64,000 nt of DNA from Phormidesmis sp. (GCA_965248535.1 CBDFJR010000002.1:896001-960000), one strand, 5' to 3'. Shown: positions 53,540 to 63,641, counted from the first letter of the stretch. Made by a program: numbers and translations. Notes: generated by a model not told the origin, from the sequence alone.

Positions 53540-53652
53540 GCTGCGGCTCGCTCAACAAAGCTGCATCTATCGATAGAGGGTTAAATCAGAAGTCTGACCT
53601 ATCCTACAGGTAGATTTCTCACCCACGTCTACGCCGTTACGCCTTTGTTTCC

Positions 53653-56064
53653 ATGTATGAACTGGTTCACGCTGTCATTAACAGTGACGAAAAAATAGAT
53701 CTCCATCAGGTGATCGAGGCGCTCTCCACTTCAGAAAAGCGCTACTTCTTGAGAACTGAGATTCTGCAAACCTTCGCAGATTATTGCCACAAATTCCAAA
53801 AACCGGCCTACTTTTTTCATGCCTCCTCGATCGGGGAGTTGATGAACCACACCCACGAGATTATTCTTCAAGACGGTGAAACCTGGCTTTTGCTCAGACC
53901 GTGGATCGGCAGTCAACAGATTTGGCGGTTGAGCGCTGATTTTAGCCAGTTTGCAAAGATGACCCCCGAAGCGTTGTTGGAGGTGCGCGATCGCTTTGTC
54001 GATCGCGTTCAGCCTCGCATTCTAGAACTGGATCTGCGGCCGTTTTATAAAGATTCTCCTACCATTCGCGACCCTAGAAATATCGGGCAAGGGTTAGCGT
54101 TTCTCAATCGCTATCTGTGCGATGAGTTGCTCAACGATGCAGACTATTGGCTAGAGGCGTTGTTTAATGTGCTGCATCTCAGCCGTTATGACGCGATTCA
54201 GCTATTGATTAACGATCGCATTCCGTCGGGTCAAGCTATGGCAGCGCAAGTTAAGCAAGCGCTGCGGTTTTTGCGGCTGCGGGCCGAAGACGAGCCTTAT
54301 CGCGAAGTGCATCAACACCTGCAAGAGCTAGGATTTGAGCCAGGGTGGGGCAACACCGCCGGGCGCGCCTCTGACACGCTGGAACTGCTCGATCGCTTGA
54401 TCACCAGCCCTGAGCCTGCGATTTTAGAAGCGTTCGTCAGCCGCATTCCGGCTACGTTTCGGGTGGTGCTCGTCTCGATTCATGGCTGGATCGGGCAAGA
54501 AAGCGTTTTGGGTCGCCCCGAAACCACCGGACAGGTAGCCTATGTTTTAGATCAAGCCCGCAGCCTAGAAAACAGACTGCAAGACGACATCCGGCTGGCG
54601 GGGCTAGACTTGCTCAACATTCAGCCGCAGGTGGTGATTTTGACGCGCCTGATTCCCAACTGTGAGGGCACTCAGTGCGCTGTGCGGCTGGAAAAAGTGG
54701 ATGACACCGAAAACGCCTGGATTTTGCGCGTGCCGTTTAGAGAATTTAACCCCAAAGTCACTCAAAACTGGATGTCTAAATATGAGATTTGGGGCTATCT
54801 AGAAAGTTTTGCGATCGATGCCGAAGCCGAAATTCTCAAACAGTTGGGCAGCAGCCCCAATTTAATTATTGGCAACTACAGCGATGGCAATTTGGTTGCG
54901 TTTCTATTATCGCGCCGTCTCAAATCGATTTACTGCACCATTGCTCATTCTCTCGAAAAACCAAAACGGCTGTTTAGCAATCTCTATTGGCAAGATCTCG
55001 AAGATCAGTATCATTTTTCTGCCCAATTTACAGCAGATTTGATTACGATGAATGCGGCGGATTTCATTGTCACGTCTTCTTATCAAGAAATTGTAGGAAC
55101 ACCGAACGCCATGGGTCAATATGAATCCTATAAATGCTTTACGATGCCCCGGCTTTATCATGTGGTGGATGGCGTTGATCTGTTTAGCCCCAAATTTAAT
55201 CGGGTGCCGCCCGGCGTGAATGAGAAGTTTTTCTTCCCTTATAGTCAGGCAGACGATCGCTATGTGGGCTTGCAGAGCCGCATCGATCAGTTGCTGTTTG
55301 TGCGTCAAGATGCGACGGCGATCGGGGCCCTGTCCGATCCACACAAGCGCCCAATTCTCGCTCTTGCACCTCTAACGGCGCTCAAAAATCTAACGGGCTT
55401 GGCGGAAAGTTTTGGCAAAAGTCAAGACCTTCAGAACCACTGCAATCTGATCATCGTGACGAACAATCTAGACCCCAATCAGTCCAGAAATTCTCTAGAA
55501 GCTGAGGAGATCAAAAATCTACACGCCATTTTGGAGACCTATCATTTGCACGATCGGGTGCGGTTGATTGGGATGCAGTTCACGAGTTTAGAATTGGGCG
55601 AGATTTATCGCACGATCGCCGATCGCCAAGGAATCTACGTCCAGCCCGCCCATTTTGAAGCGTTTGGACGCACCATTTTAGAAGCAATGATTTCGGGGTT
55701 GCCGACCTTTGCGACTCAGTTTGGGGGCGCGTTAGAAATCATTAATGACAAAGAAAATGGGTTTCATATCAATCCCACTAATCAAGCAGAAATGGTTCAC
55801 GAAATCTTAAATTTTGTCACCCAGTGCGAAACCGACCCATCGGTTTGGAAAACGATCTCCGATCGGGCGATTAAGCGAGTGCAAGAGCAATATAGCTGGC
55901 AATTACACACCCAGCAGTTGCTTTTGTTGGCAAAAATTTATGGCTTTTGGAACTTTGTTTCTGGCGACGATCGCGAAGCCCTGCTGCGCTATCTAGACGC
56001 GCTATTCTATCTGTTGTATAAGCCAAGAGCCGACTTGATTTTAGAAGCCCACGGGCAGCGCTAA
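53653..56064 (+). CDS. Sucrose synthase-family glycosyltransferase (divergent, SusB-like)
   Basis: LGFEPGWGNTAGR, LTRLIP, GNYSDGNLVA, GQYESY, EAFG..ILEAM. Confidence 0.88.
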   Translation: MYELVHAVINSDEKIDLHQVIEALSTSEKRYFLRTEILQTFADYCHKFQKPAYFFHASSIGELMNHTHEIILQDGETWLLLRPWIGSQQIWRLSADFSQFAKMTPEALLEVRDRFVDRVQPRILELDLRPFYKDSPTIRDPRNIGQGLAFLNRYLCDELLNDADYWLEALFNVLHLSRYDAIQLLINDRIPSGQAMAAQVKQALRFLRLRAEDEPYREVHQHLQELGFEPGWGNTAGRASDTLELLDRLITSPEPAILEAFVSRIPATFRVVLVSIHGWIGQESVLGRPETTGQVAYVLDQARSLENRLQDDIRLAGLDLLNIQPQVVILTRLIPNCEGTQCAVRLEKVDDTENAWILRVPFREFNPKVTQNWMSKYEIWGYLESFAIDAEAEILKQLGSSPNLIIGNYSDGNLVAFLLSRRLKSIYCTIAHSLEKPKRLFSNLYWQDLEDQYHFSAQFTADLITMNAADFIVTSSYQEIVGTPNAMGQYESYKCFTMPRLYHVVDGVDLFSPKFNRVPPGVNEKFFFPYSQADDRYVGLQSRIDQLLFVRQDATAIGALSDPHKRPILALAPLTALKNLTGLAESFGKSQDLQNHCNLIIVTNNLDPNQSRNSLEAEEIKNLHAILETYHLHDRVRLIGMQFTSLELGEIYRTIADRQGIYVQPAHFEAFGRTILEAMISGLPTFATQFGGALEIINDKENGFHINPTNQAEMVHEILNFVTQCETDPSVWKTISDRAIKRVQEQYSWQLHTQQLLLLAKIYGFWNFVSGDDREALLRYLDALFYLLYKPRADLILEAHGQR

Positions 56065-56100
56065 TCTCTCTATAAACCTCCTCTACCCAATGTCGTGACG

Positions 56101-59058
56101 ATGGCTAACCCAGTTTCTACTTCACCTTTTATCTATAAAGATTGGCTGCTGATCGAGCCGAGCTTTGAGCCTAATCAACTCCATCATCGAGAAACGGTCT
56201 TCACGATCGGCAACGGTTATTTAGGAACACGGGGCACCTTTGAGGAGGGCTATCCCCGTGCGTCGCCATCTACTTTGATCAACGGCGTTTATGACAGCGT
56301 TCCGGTGATGTATACCGAGTTGGTCAACTGCCCCGATTGGCTGCCGCTAGTGGTGATCATCAACGGCGATCGCTTTCGGATGGATCAGGGCGAGGTGTTG
56401 AGCTATGAGCGCCGATTGGATCTACATCGGGGGCTGTTGAGTCGCTCCATCCGGTGGCGCAGTCCGGGGGGCAAAACGGTTGATTTGAATTTTGAACGGT
56501 TTGCCAGTCTCGCCGATCAGCACGTCTTAGCACTGCGATGTCAGGTTACGCCGATCGATTTTGACGGCTTTATCGAGGTGCAGGCGAGCATCAATGGCTA
56601 TCCCGAAAATCAGGGATTTAACCATTGGGAATGGCTCAATCAGGGCAAAACCGAGCACGGAGTTTGGCTGCAAGTGCGAACTCGTAGCTCTCGCATTGAG
56701 CTAGCGATGGCATCGGGCATCACGCTGTCGGGAGCCGAGGCTTCTCAGCAGGGGTCGAGCACTCCGGGCTATCCCACCTTGGCGGCTAGTTTTATGGCGA
56801 CCACGGGACAAACGGTGACGATCGAGAATCTGCTCACGGTGTTTACCTCGCGAGAAGTCGAGTCGCCCGTCACCATTGCCCAAGAAAAACTCGCGGATCT
56901 ACCCGACTATGCGACGCTGTTAGCCGCTCACGAGCAAGCCTGGAGCCAAACCTGGGAAACTAGCGATATTGTGATTGAGGGCGATGTCAGAGCGCAGCTT
57001 GCGGTGCGATATAACCTGTTTCAAATGTCGATCGCGGCTCCTCGTCACGACGATCGGGTCAGCATTCCGGCTAAAACGCTATCGGGATTTGGCTATCGCG
57101 GTCATGTTTTTTGGGACACCGAAATTTTCATTCTGCCGTTCTTTATTTACACGCAGCCCGCGATCGCCCGCAATCTGCTCAATTATCGCTATCACACGCT
57201 GCCGGGTGCTCGACGCAAAGCGGCCTACTACGGTTATAAAGGGGCAATGTTTGCCTGGGAGAGCGCTGACACGGGCGATGAAGTCACGCCACGCTGGGCC
57301 TCGCCCAATGACCCCTATGCCGAAGATATTCGGATCTGGTGTCGCGATCGGGAGATTCACATCAGCGCCGACATCGCCTATGGCGCTTGGTATTATTGGC
57401 AGGCGACGGGCGACGATGAATGGATGCGCGACTGTGGGGCAGAGTTGATTCTCGACACGGCGGTGTTTTGGCGCAGTCGAGTCGAATGGAACACCAAACA
57501 GGAACGCTATGAGATTCGCGAGGTGATTGGCGCAGACGAATATCACGAACACGATGTGCACAACAGCGCGTTCACCAACCGCATGGCCCAATGGCATCTC
57601 GAAAAGGCCCTGTTTGTGTTTGATTGGTTGTTTACTCACTATCCCGATAAAGCGATCGAGCTACAAAAAACGCTGCAACTGACATCTGAGCGGCGATCGC
57701 GCTGGCAAGACATTATCAATAATCTGTTCATTGCTTACGACTCAACAACAGGTCTGATTGAAGAGTTTGAAAACTTCTTTAAGATCGAAGATATTAATTT
57801 AGCTGACTATGAGCCGCGCACAAAATCCATGCAGTCTATTTTGGGCATTGATGGAGCCAATAAGCGGCAAGTGCTCAAGCAGCCCGATGTGCTGATGCTG
57901 ATCTATTTGATGCGTCAGTCGCGAGAGTTTCCTTACGATCCTAAAATTCTCAAAACTAATTGGGACTATTACGCCCCGCGCACCGATATTACCTATGGTT
58001 CGTCGCTGGGGCCGGCCATTCATGCGATCTTGGCCTCTGATTTAGGCGATGTGCAAGAGGCTTCCGATCGCTTCTGGCAAGCCGTTTTAGTCGATATTGA
58101 AGACACCAGAGGCAACGCTGCCGAAGGCATTCATGGCGCGTCTGCGGGGGGCATTTGGCAAGTGCTGGTCTGGGGGTTTGGCGGCGTAAAGCTGACGGAA
58201 AAGGGCCCGATCGCTCATCCTCATCTGCCGCCTCACTGGACTCGCCTAAAATTTAAGCTGCATTGGCGCGACCAATGGCACGAATTCGATCTAAAGAATG
58301 AAATTCACACCACGGATGTAACACAATCGACCATGACAGAGTTAACCAATTCTCCATCAATTTCCACAACGCAAAATGCTTCCGGCGTGCAGGGGTTTAT
58401 TTTTGACTTAGATGGCGTGCTCACCGACACCGCAGAGTTTCACTATCGGGCGTGGCAGCGATTGGCAGACGAAGAAAAGCTCCCCTTTGATCGCCAAGCC
58501 AACGAGGCGCTGAGAGGCGTGTCTCGTCGAGAATCGCTGCTTAAGATTACGGGGGACAGACCCTATTCTGAAGCCCAACTGCAAGCGATGATGGAGCGCA
58601 AAAACCATTACTACGTGGAGTCGATTCAAGATATTTCTCCGGCCGACCTGTTGCCCGGAGCGCGAGAGTTACTCACTGAATTGCGACAAGCTGGGATCAA
58701 GATTGCCCTGGGTTCAGCCAGCAAAAATGCCCGTCCGGTGATTGAGAAATTAGGCATCGCCGATTTAATGGATGCGATCGCCGATGGTCACAGCGTAGAG
58801 CGCCCAAAACCAGCCCCAGATCTTTTCCTGTTCGCCGCCGATCAGCTAGGCTTGCAGCCTGCCCAGTGTGTGGTCGTCGAAGATGCAGCCGCCGGAATCG
58901 AAGCCGCGATCGCCGCCAAAATGTTAGCGATCGGGTTAGGTCCCGTTGAGCGCGTGGGCGAGGCAGACCTCGTTTTGCCCAGTCTAGAAGGCGTTCACTG
59001 GGCAGACCTGCAAGTGAAATTAGGGGCCGTGAGACAACAGCCTGCGCCTTTTAAGTAA
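56101..59058 (+). CDS. GH65 glycoside phosphorylase fused to beta-phosphoglucomutase (HAD)
   Basis: GNGYLGTRG, GHVFWDTE, GADEYHE, KQPDV, SSL; C-terminal FDLDGVLTDTAEFHY...KPAPD. Confidence 0.92.
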   Translation: MANPVSTSPFIYKDWLLIEPSFEPNQLHHRETVFTIGNGYLGTRGTFEEGYPRASPSTLINGVYDSVPVMYTELVNCPDWLPLVVIINGDRFRMDQGEVLSYERRLDLHRGLLSRSIRWRSPGGKTVDLNFERFASLADQHVLALRCQVTPIDFDGFIEVQASINGYPENQGFNHWEWLNQGKTEHGVWLQVRTRSSRIELAMASGITLSGAEASQQGSSTPGYPTLAASFMATTGQTVTIENLLTVFTSREVESPVTIAQEKLADLPDYATLLAAHEQAWSQTWETSDIVIEGDVRAQLAVRYNLFQMSIAAPRHDDRVSIPAKTLSGFGYRGHVFWDTEIFILPFFIYTQPAIARNLLNYRYHTLPGARRKAAYYGYKGAMFAWESADTGDEVTPRWASPNDPYAEDIRIWCRDREIHISADIAYGAWYYWQATGDDEWMRDCGAELILDTAVFWRSRVEWNTKQERYEIREVIGADEYHEHDVHNSAFTNRMAQWHLEKALFVFDWLFTHYPDKAIELQKTLQLTSERRSRWQDIINNLFIAYDSTTGLIEEFENFFKIEDINLADYEPRTKSMQSILGIDGANKRQVLKQPDVLMLIYLMRQSREFPYDPKILKTNWDYYAPRTDITYGSSLGPAIHAILASDLGDVQEASDRFWQAVLVDIEDTRGNAAEGIHGASAGGIWQVLVWGFGGVKLTEKGPIAHPHLPPHWTRLKFKLHWRDQWHEFDLKNEIHTTDVTQSTMTELTNSPSISTTQNASGVQGFIFDLDGVLTDTAEFHYRAWQRLADEEKLPFDRQANEALRGVSRRESLLKITGDRPYSEAQLQAMMERKNHYYVESIQDISPADLLPGARELLTELRQAGIKIALGSASKNARPVIEKLGIADLMDAIADGHSVERPKPAPDLFLFAADQLGLQPAQCVVVEDAAAGIEAAIAAKMLAIGLGPVERVGEADLVLPSLEGVHWADLQVKLGAVRQQPAPFK

Positions 59059-59220
59059 CTTAACAGTCAAATTTAGGACTGAGTAGTGCGATCGTTTCTG
59101 AATTAAATTTCAGTAGAAGCGATCGCAAGTTGTATGAATGGCTAGTCCGTCTTTTTAATTACCAATAAACCAAAACGAACATCGATTCGATATCTCTACT
59201 CACTACAGAAAATGGTCTGA

Positions 59221-59802
59221 CTACCTCTGAACCATAGTTTCAGAATCATCAGGACGCAAATACTTAATAGCAAATTTGGTGATAAATAAATACCAACCTT
59301 TATCAGTCAATGAATGTTTTCGAGAAACGTCATCTTCTTCAATTCTTTTCTCAATTCGCTGTCTAGGCAACGTCGTCGGATGACTTAAATCAACAACCCA
59401 TTCATCTCCTGTGAGACACTTTCCCAGGAAAAGAAAGTCAAAAACAGTATTCTTAGGTATATCTTTGTATGCGCTTAATTGTTTCAAATCAGTCAGCATG
59501 ATACAAGGACAAAGAACAATGTTCTCTTTTCTATCTAAATCACATGTGCTGTTCATGATCATGCCAGGAGCATTGAAAAAAACTGGTTCTCCTTCTTCAG
59601 ACCAACTGATGAATGGAATCGGGTCAAGAATATCACCCTGCGCCCAAATCGGAAGAGGATTTCTAATCATTTGAATTGTACCACTCTCCTCGGCATAAAA
59701 CTGCCGAAGGGACTGGTCAGGCTCCCTTAAAGGAGAGCCTGGTAGAATTGGGAATGCTTCATTGAAAAGTTTGATCAGTTCTCCAAGTGAAATGCCAGCC
59801 AT
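59221..59802 (-). CDS. Hypothetical protein with PemK/MazF-like motif spacing
   Basis: QGDI...MIMNSTCD...IVLCP...VVDL..PTTL...RI...SL; AT-rich. Confidence 0.55.
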   Translation of the reverse strand: MAGISLGELIKLFNEAFPILPGSPLREPDQSLRQFYAEESGTIQMIRNPLPIWAQGDILDPIPFISWSEEGEPVFFNAPGMIMNSTCDLDRKENIVLCPCIMLTDLKQLSAYKDIPKNTVFDFLFLGKCLTGDEWVVDLSHPTTLPRQRIEKRIEEDDVSRKHSLTDKGWYLFITKFAIKYLRPDDSETMVQR

Positions 59803-59806
59803 GCTT

Positions 59807-60181
59807 CTAGAAACGTGGAATTCCAGGTTGTGATTTCGACAGGATAACCTTTCTTAAAATTTGTGCATCCTCATGGGACAAAGACATGCTTTTTCTTTGA
59901 AGCTCTGTACTAAAGGTAGTTATAGCAGTTTGCGATAAGCGCCTTGTTCTACGGAAAGAATATGCACCTATATCAGTTGAAACCGCCGAGCCAATAGAAA
60001 TTGATTGAGTGGGCAATGTTGAAGCTGAAGTCATAATAGTTGCAGCAAAAATTACTCCAGTTAACTGAAAAGATAGGTTATTATATGCGTCTGCAAGTCC
60101 TTTGCTTCCTGAAGGAACGTATTTTTCTGAAGAAGCTGAAGCTGAGTTAGTGCTTAAATTTTTGTCTGCATTAATGTTCAT
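59807..60181 (-). CDS. Small Ser/Thr-rich hypothetical protein
   Basis: ATGA overlap with the upstream gene; 4 nt before the downstream ATG. Confidence 0.65.
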   Translation of the reverse strand: MNINADKNLSTNSASASSEKYVPSGSKGLADAYNNLSFQLTGVIFAATIMTSASTLPTQSISIGSAVSTDIGAYSFRRTRRLSQTAITTFSTELQRKSMSLSHEDAQILRKVILSKSQPGIPRF

Positions 60182-60888
60182 ACTCTTACTCCTTTTTCAT
60201 GTTGAGAAATCAGGTTTTGAAAGTTCTCCCATATAACGTCATGCGCTTTATCATTCCAGTCTAATATCATTTCGATGTCCCATGATTTCTGGGAAGAATT
60301 TAAGGACACATCTATGTCTAATATTAAATCCTTTGGCTCCACTGGAAACTGCACGTTAATACTTAAGAGAGTCCCTTCATCATCAAGCTTATTAATCTCC
60401 CTAAGCTGAAGAAGTTGCGTCCTGGAAATATCAGTATTTTGAAACGGAAGGTTAATGTTCAAAATTGAGGGCGGATAGTCAACGTTGGAGAACCTATTGA
60501 TATAACGAAGCCCTAGTCTATTAAGAGTAGATAGACTGACAAATTGTTCGGTGGCAGTTAGAATTTTCCTAATATTTTCAAGGAAGCTGGAAAAGCCTCT
60601 GTAGGAAACAGCATTGATACTCAATACATCGGTGCCCGTTTGAAATAGTAACGATTTATCAGAATTAGTAAAGCGGTGTTTCACTAACCCTGCCAGTTCA
60701 ACAATTTCAGGGATCTCAGCAGTCGGAAGCTTTTGAGTGACCGGAAACTCTTTTTGCTGAGACATTGCCATTCCTCCAGCGAACAGCGCATAATCACTTA
60801 CTGTTGGAAAGCGGATCTCAAAAACTGCTTCCTGCAAGGGAGGATTACGCCAAGGTTCATGATTTTTCACAATCTTTAACCACTGCAA
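60178..60888 (-). CDS. TIGR04255-family protein
   Basis: PPLQEAVFEIRF, YRGFSSF, RLGLRYINRF, LILDIDV, H....F motifs recalled for this family. Confidence 0.75.
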   Translation of the reverse strand: MQWLKIVKNHEPWRNPPLQEAVFEIRFPTVSDYALFAGGMAMSQQKEFPVTQKLPTAEIPEIVELAGLVKHRFTNSDKSLLFQTGTDVLSINAVSYRGFSSFLENIRKILTATEQFVSLSTLNRLGLRYINRFSNVDYPPSILNINLPFQNTDISRTQLLQLREINKLDDEGTLLSINVQFPVEPKDLILDIDVSLNSSQKSWDIEMILDWNDKAHDVIWENFQNLISQHEKGVRV

Positions 60889-61063
60889 CGAAGACCATAA
60901 GTTTACAAGTCCAGCTTAATCGATTTGCAGGAGCATTATAGCCAATACAACTACTAGATTTTCAGTGCACATGAGTTGAGATTTTTGGAACCCTCGTAGC
61001 ATATACATATTGTGTAAAGTCGGCTTAGACAGACAATACACCGAAATTCCTCAATGCGACAAA

Positions 61064-61093
61064 GGCTACCCACGTCTAGAGAGTTGGGTAGCC
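61064..61093. terminator. Hairpin between the epimerase gene and the AT-rich cassette
   Basis: GGCTACCCA-N12-TGGGTAGCC with TTT on the minus strand. Confidence 0.45.
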
Positions 61094-61145
61094 AAGCGGA
61101 ACTGAGTGGGCATTAAATGCTCTTCTCTCTTACCCAAAACTTCCC

Positions 61146-62042
61146 TCATCGCTGTAGGCAAATCGTCAAAACGCGGCTCTGACGTTCATTAGGTTGCAGT
61201 TGAGCCGCCGTTTCATTTTGGCAAGCCACATCTAAATCGTAAGGAATCGTCGTGCAGGGCTGCATCACCAGCACATAGTGATCGCGCCAGCCGCCATAGC
61301 TTTGCAAAACCCAAACATAAGGAAAGTCAGCCTGATCAAAGGTCATCAGCAGGGCAGTCCCCGATCGCTGATGACGAACGCCGCACTCGCCTTTAGCCAG
61401 ATCAGAACTGTAGAAATATTCTTGCGATCGCGACGATCGCGGCAAAACTTTGCGAAGATCGACTTCTTGACCGTTGGCGGCAAACGCTTTGGGAAACCGA
61501 GTTTTTTGAGCGCGTCCGATCAGGGTGCTAAAGCCCAGCATGACTGGCTCGATCAGACAATCGGGCAGCAAAATTTCGTCTTCGGCTTCAATCGCGATCG
61601 CGGCATGGTGTTTAAACAAAAACGGAATCGTTTCGTCAGATTTATTGTGAAACTGAAACTCAATCCGAGCCTGAGGGCCGTCTAACCGAATCGTTTTTTC
61701 GACCCCGATCGGCACCGTCTCGCAAAATCGCGTCATCTTGATGCTAGAAGGCGTTGTTTCCAACACATTCCACGCCTGCGACCACAGTTCCCCGTGATCG
61801 ACCAGGTGCCGATTTTGAAATAACCCTTTGCCATCATTGGGAAACATCTCATCCCAGCCGCCTGACCAGTGTTCATCAAAGGGGGCACCTACGGGCAGCG
61901 ATCGGGGCTGACTTTCGTCATAACTAGGCGGGTGCCAAAGCCACTCACGCCCGGTTTTTTGGTCTAGGAGTTGATCAATTCGTCCGCCCAGGTCGGGGCG
62001 AATCGTCAGCTTCAGTTCAGAGTTTTCTAGAACGGTCTGCAT
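61146..62042 (-). CDS. Aldose 1-epimerase/galactose mutarotase-like protein
   Basis: LENSELKLTIRPDLGGRI, GGWDEMFP, DHGELW, FPYVW. Confidence 0.8.
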   Translation of the reverse strand: MQTVLENSELKLTIRPDLGGRIDQLLDQKTGREWLWHPPSYDESQPRSLPVGAPFDEHWSGGWDEMFPNDGKGLFQNRHLVDHGELWSQAWNVLETTPSSIKMTRFCETVPIGVEKTIRLDGPQARIEFQFHNKSDETIPFLFKHHAAIAIEAEDEILLPDCLIEPVMLGFSTLIGRAQKTRFPKAFAANGQEVDLRKVLPRSSRSQEYFYSSDLAKGECGVRHQRSGTALLMTFDQADFPYVWVLQSYGGWRDHYVLVMQPCTTIPYDLDVACQNETAAQLQPNERQSRVLTICLQR

Positions 62043-62126
62043 CAGCGTCCTCGCGTTTAGAAATCGAGCGCATTTCTGAAAATACCGGGGATGCTGCGAT
62101 CGCGATATACGTCTCTAGGAATAATT

Positions 62127-62483
62127 TTAAGCGCTAACTTGCACTTGCTGTTCGACCACTCTCACCGCAAAAGTGCGGACACTGACCGTCTCATCGTCCA
62201 GACACTGCCCCGTTTGCAAACTAAAATTTTGCTTGTAGATCGGCGAAGCGACTTTAGCAACACCGTTGCGATCGCCCACAATGCCCCGCGACAGCACAAA
62301 GGCTTTACTAAAGGGATCATAGTTGCTCAGAGCATAAACCTCGGTGCCGTCTCCGACCCGAAAGACCGCAATCTGCTGACCTCTGACCAGGGCGCAAACC
62401 CCTGTGTTGGGCAAAATTTGCTCGATCGTGCAAACAGTGACCCATTGATTAGTGAGCGGTTGAGTAGTCAAGGCTGGAATCAT
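62127..62483 (-). CDS. nirD: Nitrite reductase small subunit NirD (Rieske-like)
   Basis: W..VC....I.PNTGVCALV...QIAVF, NYDPFSKAFVLSRGIVGD, VASPIYKQNFSL.TGQCL. Confidence 0.88.
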   Translation of the reverse strand: MIPALTTQPLTNQWVTVCTIEQILPNTGVCALVRGQQIAVFRVGDGTEVYALSNYDPFSKAFVLSRGIVGDRNGVAKVASPIYKQNFSLQTGQCLDDETVSVRTFAVRVVEQQVQVSA

Positions 62484-62619
62484 AGGAGAGAAGGATTTTT
62501 GATAGTTTAGACCTTTTTTTGGAGCCGGGCAAGCTGCCCACCTTGGGGTTTCGGGCAAACGCACACGTTTCTTTACAATTTGCGGGAGGGTGTAGGCACT
62601 TGAGCCAAAATCTTGGTGA

Positions 62620-62782
62620 GATAGTGATCATCCCAACCTGCTTTGGGGCGTTTAGTGCGCGTGCTGACTTGTGGGGCATCTCTCTCGATACCTACATCAT
62701 TTTTTATCAGGTTGTTGCTGATGGCATCGTGATTGTCAGTGGATGTAGAGATCTATTTTCATTGTTTGAGGAAAGTAATTAG
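62620..62782 (+). pseudogene. C-terminal remnant of a RelE/ParE toxin
   Basis: ...LWGISLDTYIIFYQVVADGIVIVSGCRDLFSLF*; N-terminus absent. Confidence 0.55.
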
Positions 62783-62818
62783 GTCTCGATCGCTCATCTG
62801 CCAACGCCGCCAAAATTC

Positions 62819-63574
62819 TTAGGGTTGTTGTTCAATTCTAGTGCGATATTTTGGTGGCACTCTAGCGCAATGAGGATCAAGAAAATCGATCAAGTCGATG
62901 AGCTTACTGTGGATCAACACGAGTCTCTTCGCGTCAATCTTTGGCGCATTTGCCATCTCGTCAATATCGTTTTTTAGCTTTGTAAACCAGCTTGCAAACT
63001 CTGGATCGCCCATCTTTTTTATAAACGTTGCATAGCCGATGCACTCATATCCAATCACTTCACTACTAGCACGAGAAACCATCATGATTTCCCCGATCGC
63101 TCGCTGTTCGCCGTTATGAAGTTGGAAGATTTCCCCCGGTTTATAATGGGAAAATGCTTGGTTAATGTTGGTCAGTAGCTCACTCAATTGACGATTTAGT
63201 TCTAAATCACCCAAGTCTAAAAACTGAATTTCTCGACGCAAAATCTCCACCCACCCAAGATACTCCGCCACCACATAGAGCGTGTTGTGAATGGCATAGC
63301 TTTCGGCAGATGGCGATTGTTGATAAAAACGCTTTAAAAAATCTTGCTGATGAATGTTATACAGGCGGCTTTGGAGATCAATGGCCGATCGCAACAAAGG
63401 ATTGCGGTATTTAGACATCAACGCTGCCGTCTGAGCTTCTCGCGATTCGGCTTCACGCTGCTTGGTGAGTCGGTCAGTCAATCGGGCAATGCGAGTTTGA
63501 CCGTAAACACTGATGATGGCGCTAATCACCGCGATGATTGCAGCGATCGTGGCCGTGATAACTTCAGGCTTCAT
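62819..63574 (-). CDS. Hypothetical protein (N-terminal TM + coiled coil)
   Basis: TM IAAIIAVISAIISVYG; KYRNPLLRSAIDLQSRLYNI, YLGWVEILRREIQFLD, GEQRAIGE. Confidence 0.7.
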   Translation of the reverse strand: MKPEVITATIAAIIAVISAIISVYGQTRIARLTDRLTKQREAESREAQTAALMSKYRNPLLRSAIDLQSRLYNIHQQDFLKRFYQQSPSAESYAIHNTLYVVAEYLGWVEILRREIQFLDLGDLELNRQLSELLTNINQAFSHYKPGEIFQLHNGEQRAIGEIMMVSRASSEVIGYECIGYATFIKKMGDPEFASWFTKLKNDIDEMANAPKIDAKRLVLIHSKLIDLIDFLDPHCARVPPKYRTRIEQQP

Positions 63575-63641
63575 AGTAATCGCCTCTAGGGTGAAGCGTA
63601 AATGTCCGATCGCTTCCCTCAAAAACCATCAATCTCAAATA

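Noticed and set aside
61064..61097. GGGTAGC match to the tRNA-Gly 3' end as an att site
   Set aside because: Only about 7 bp and part of a local hairpin; no integrase nearby.
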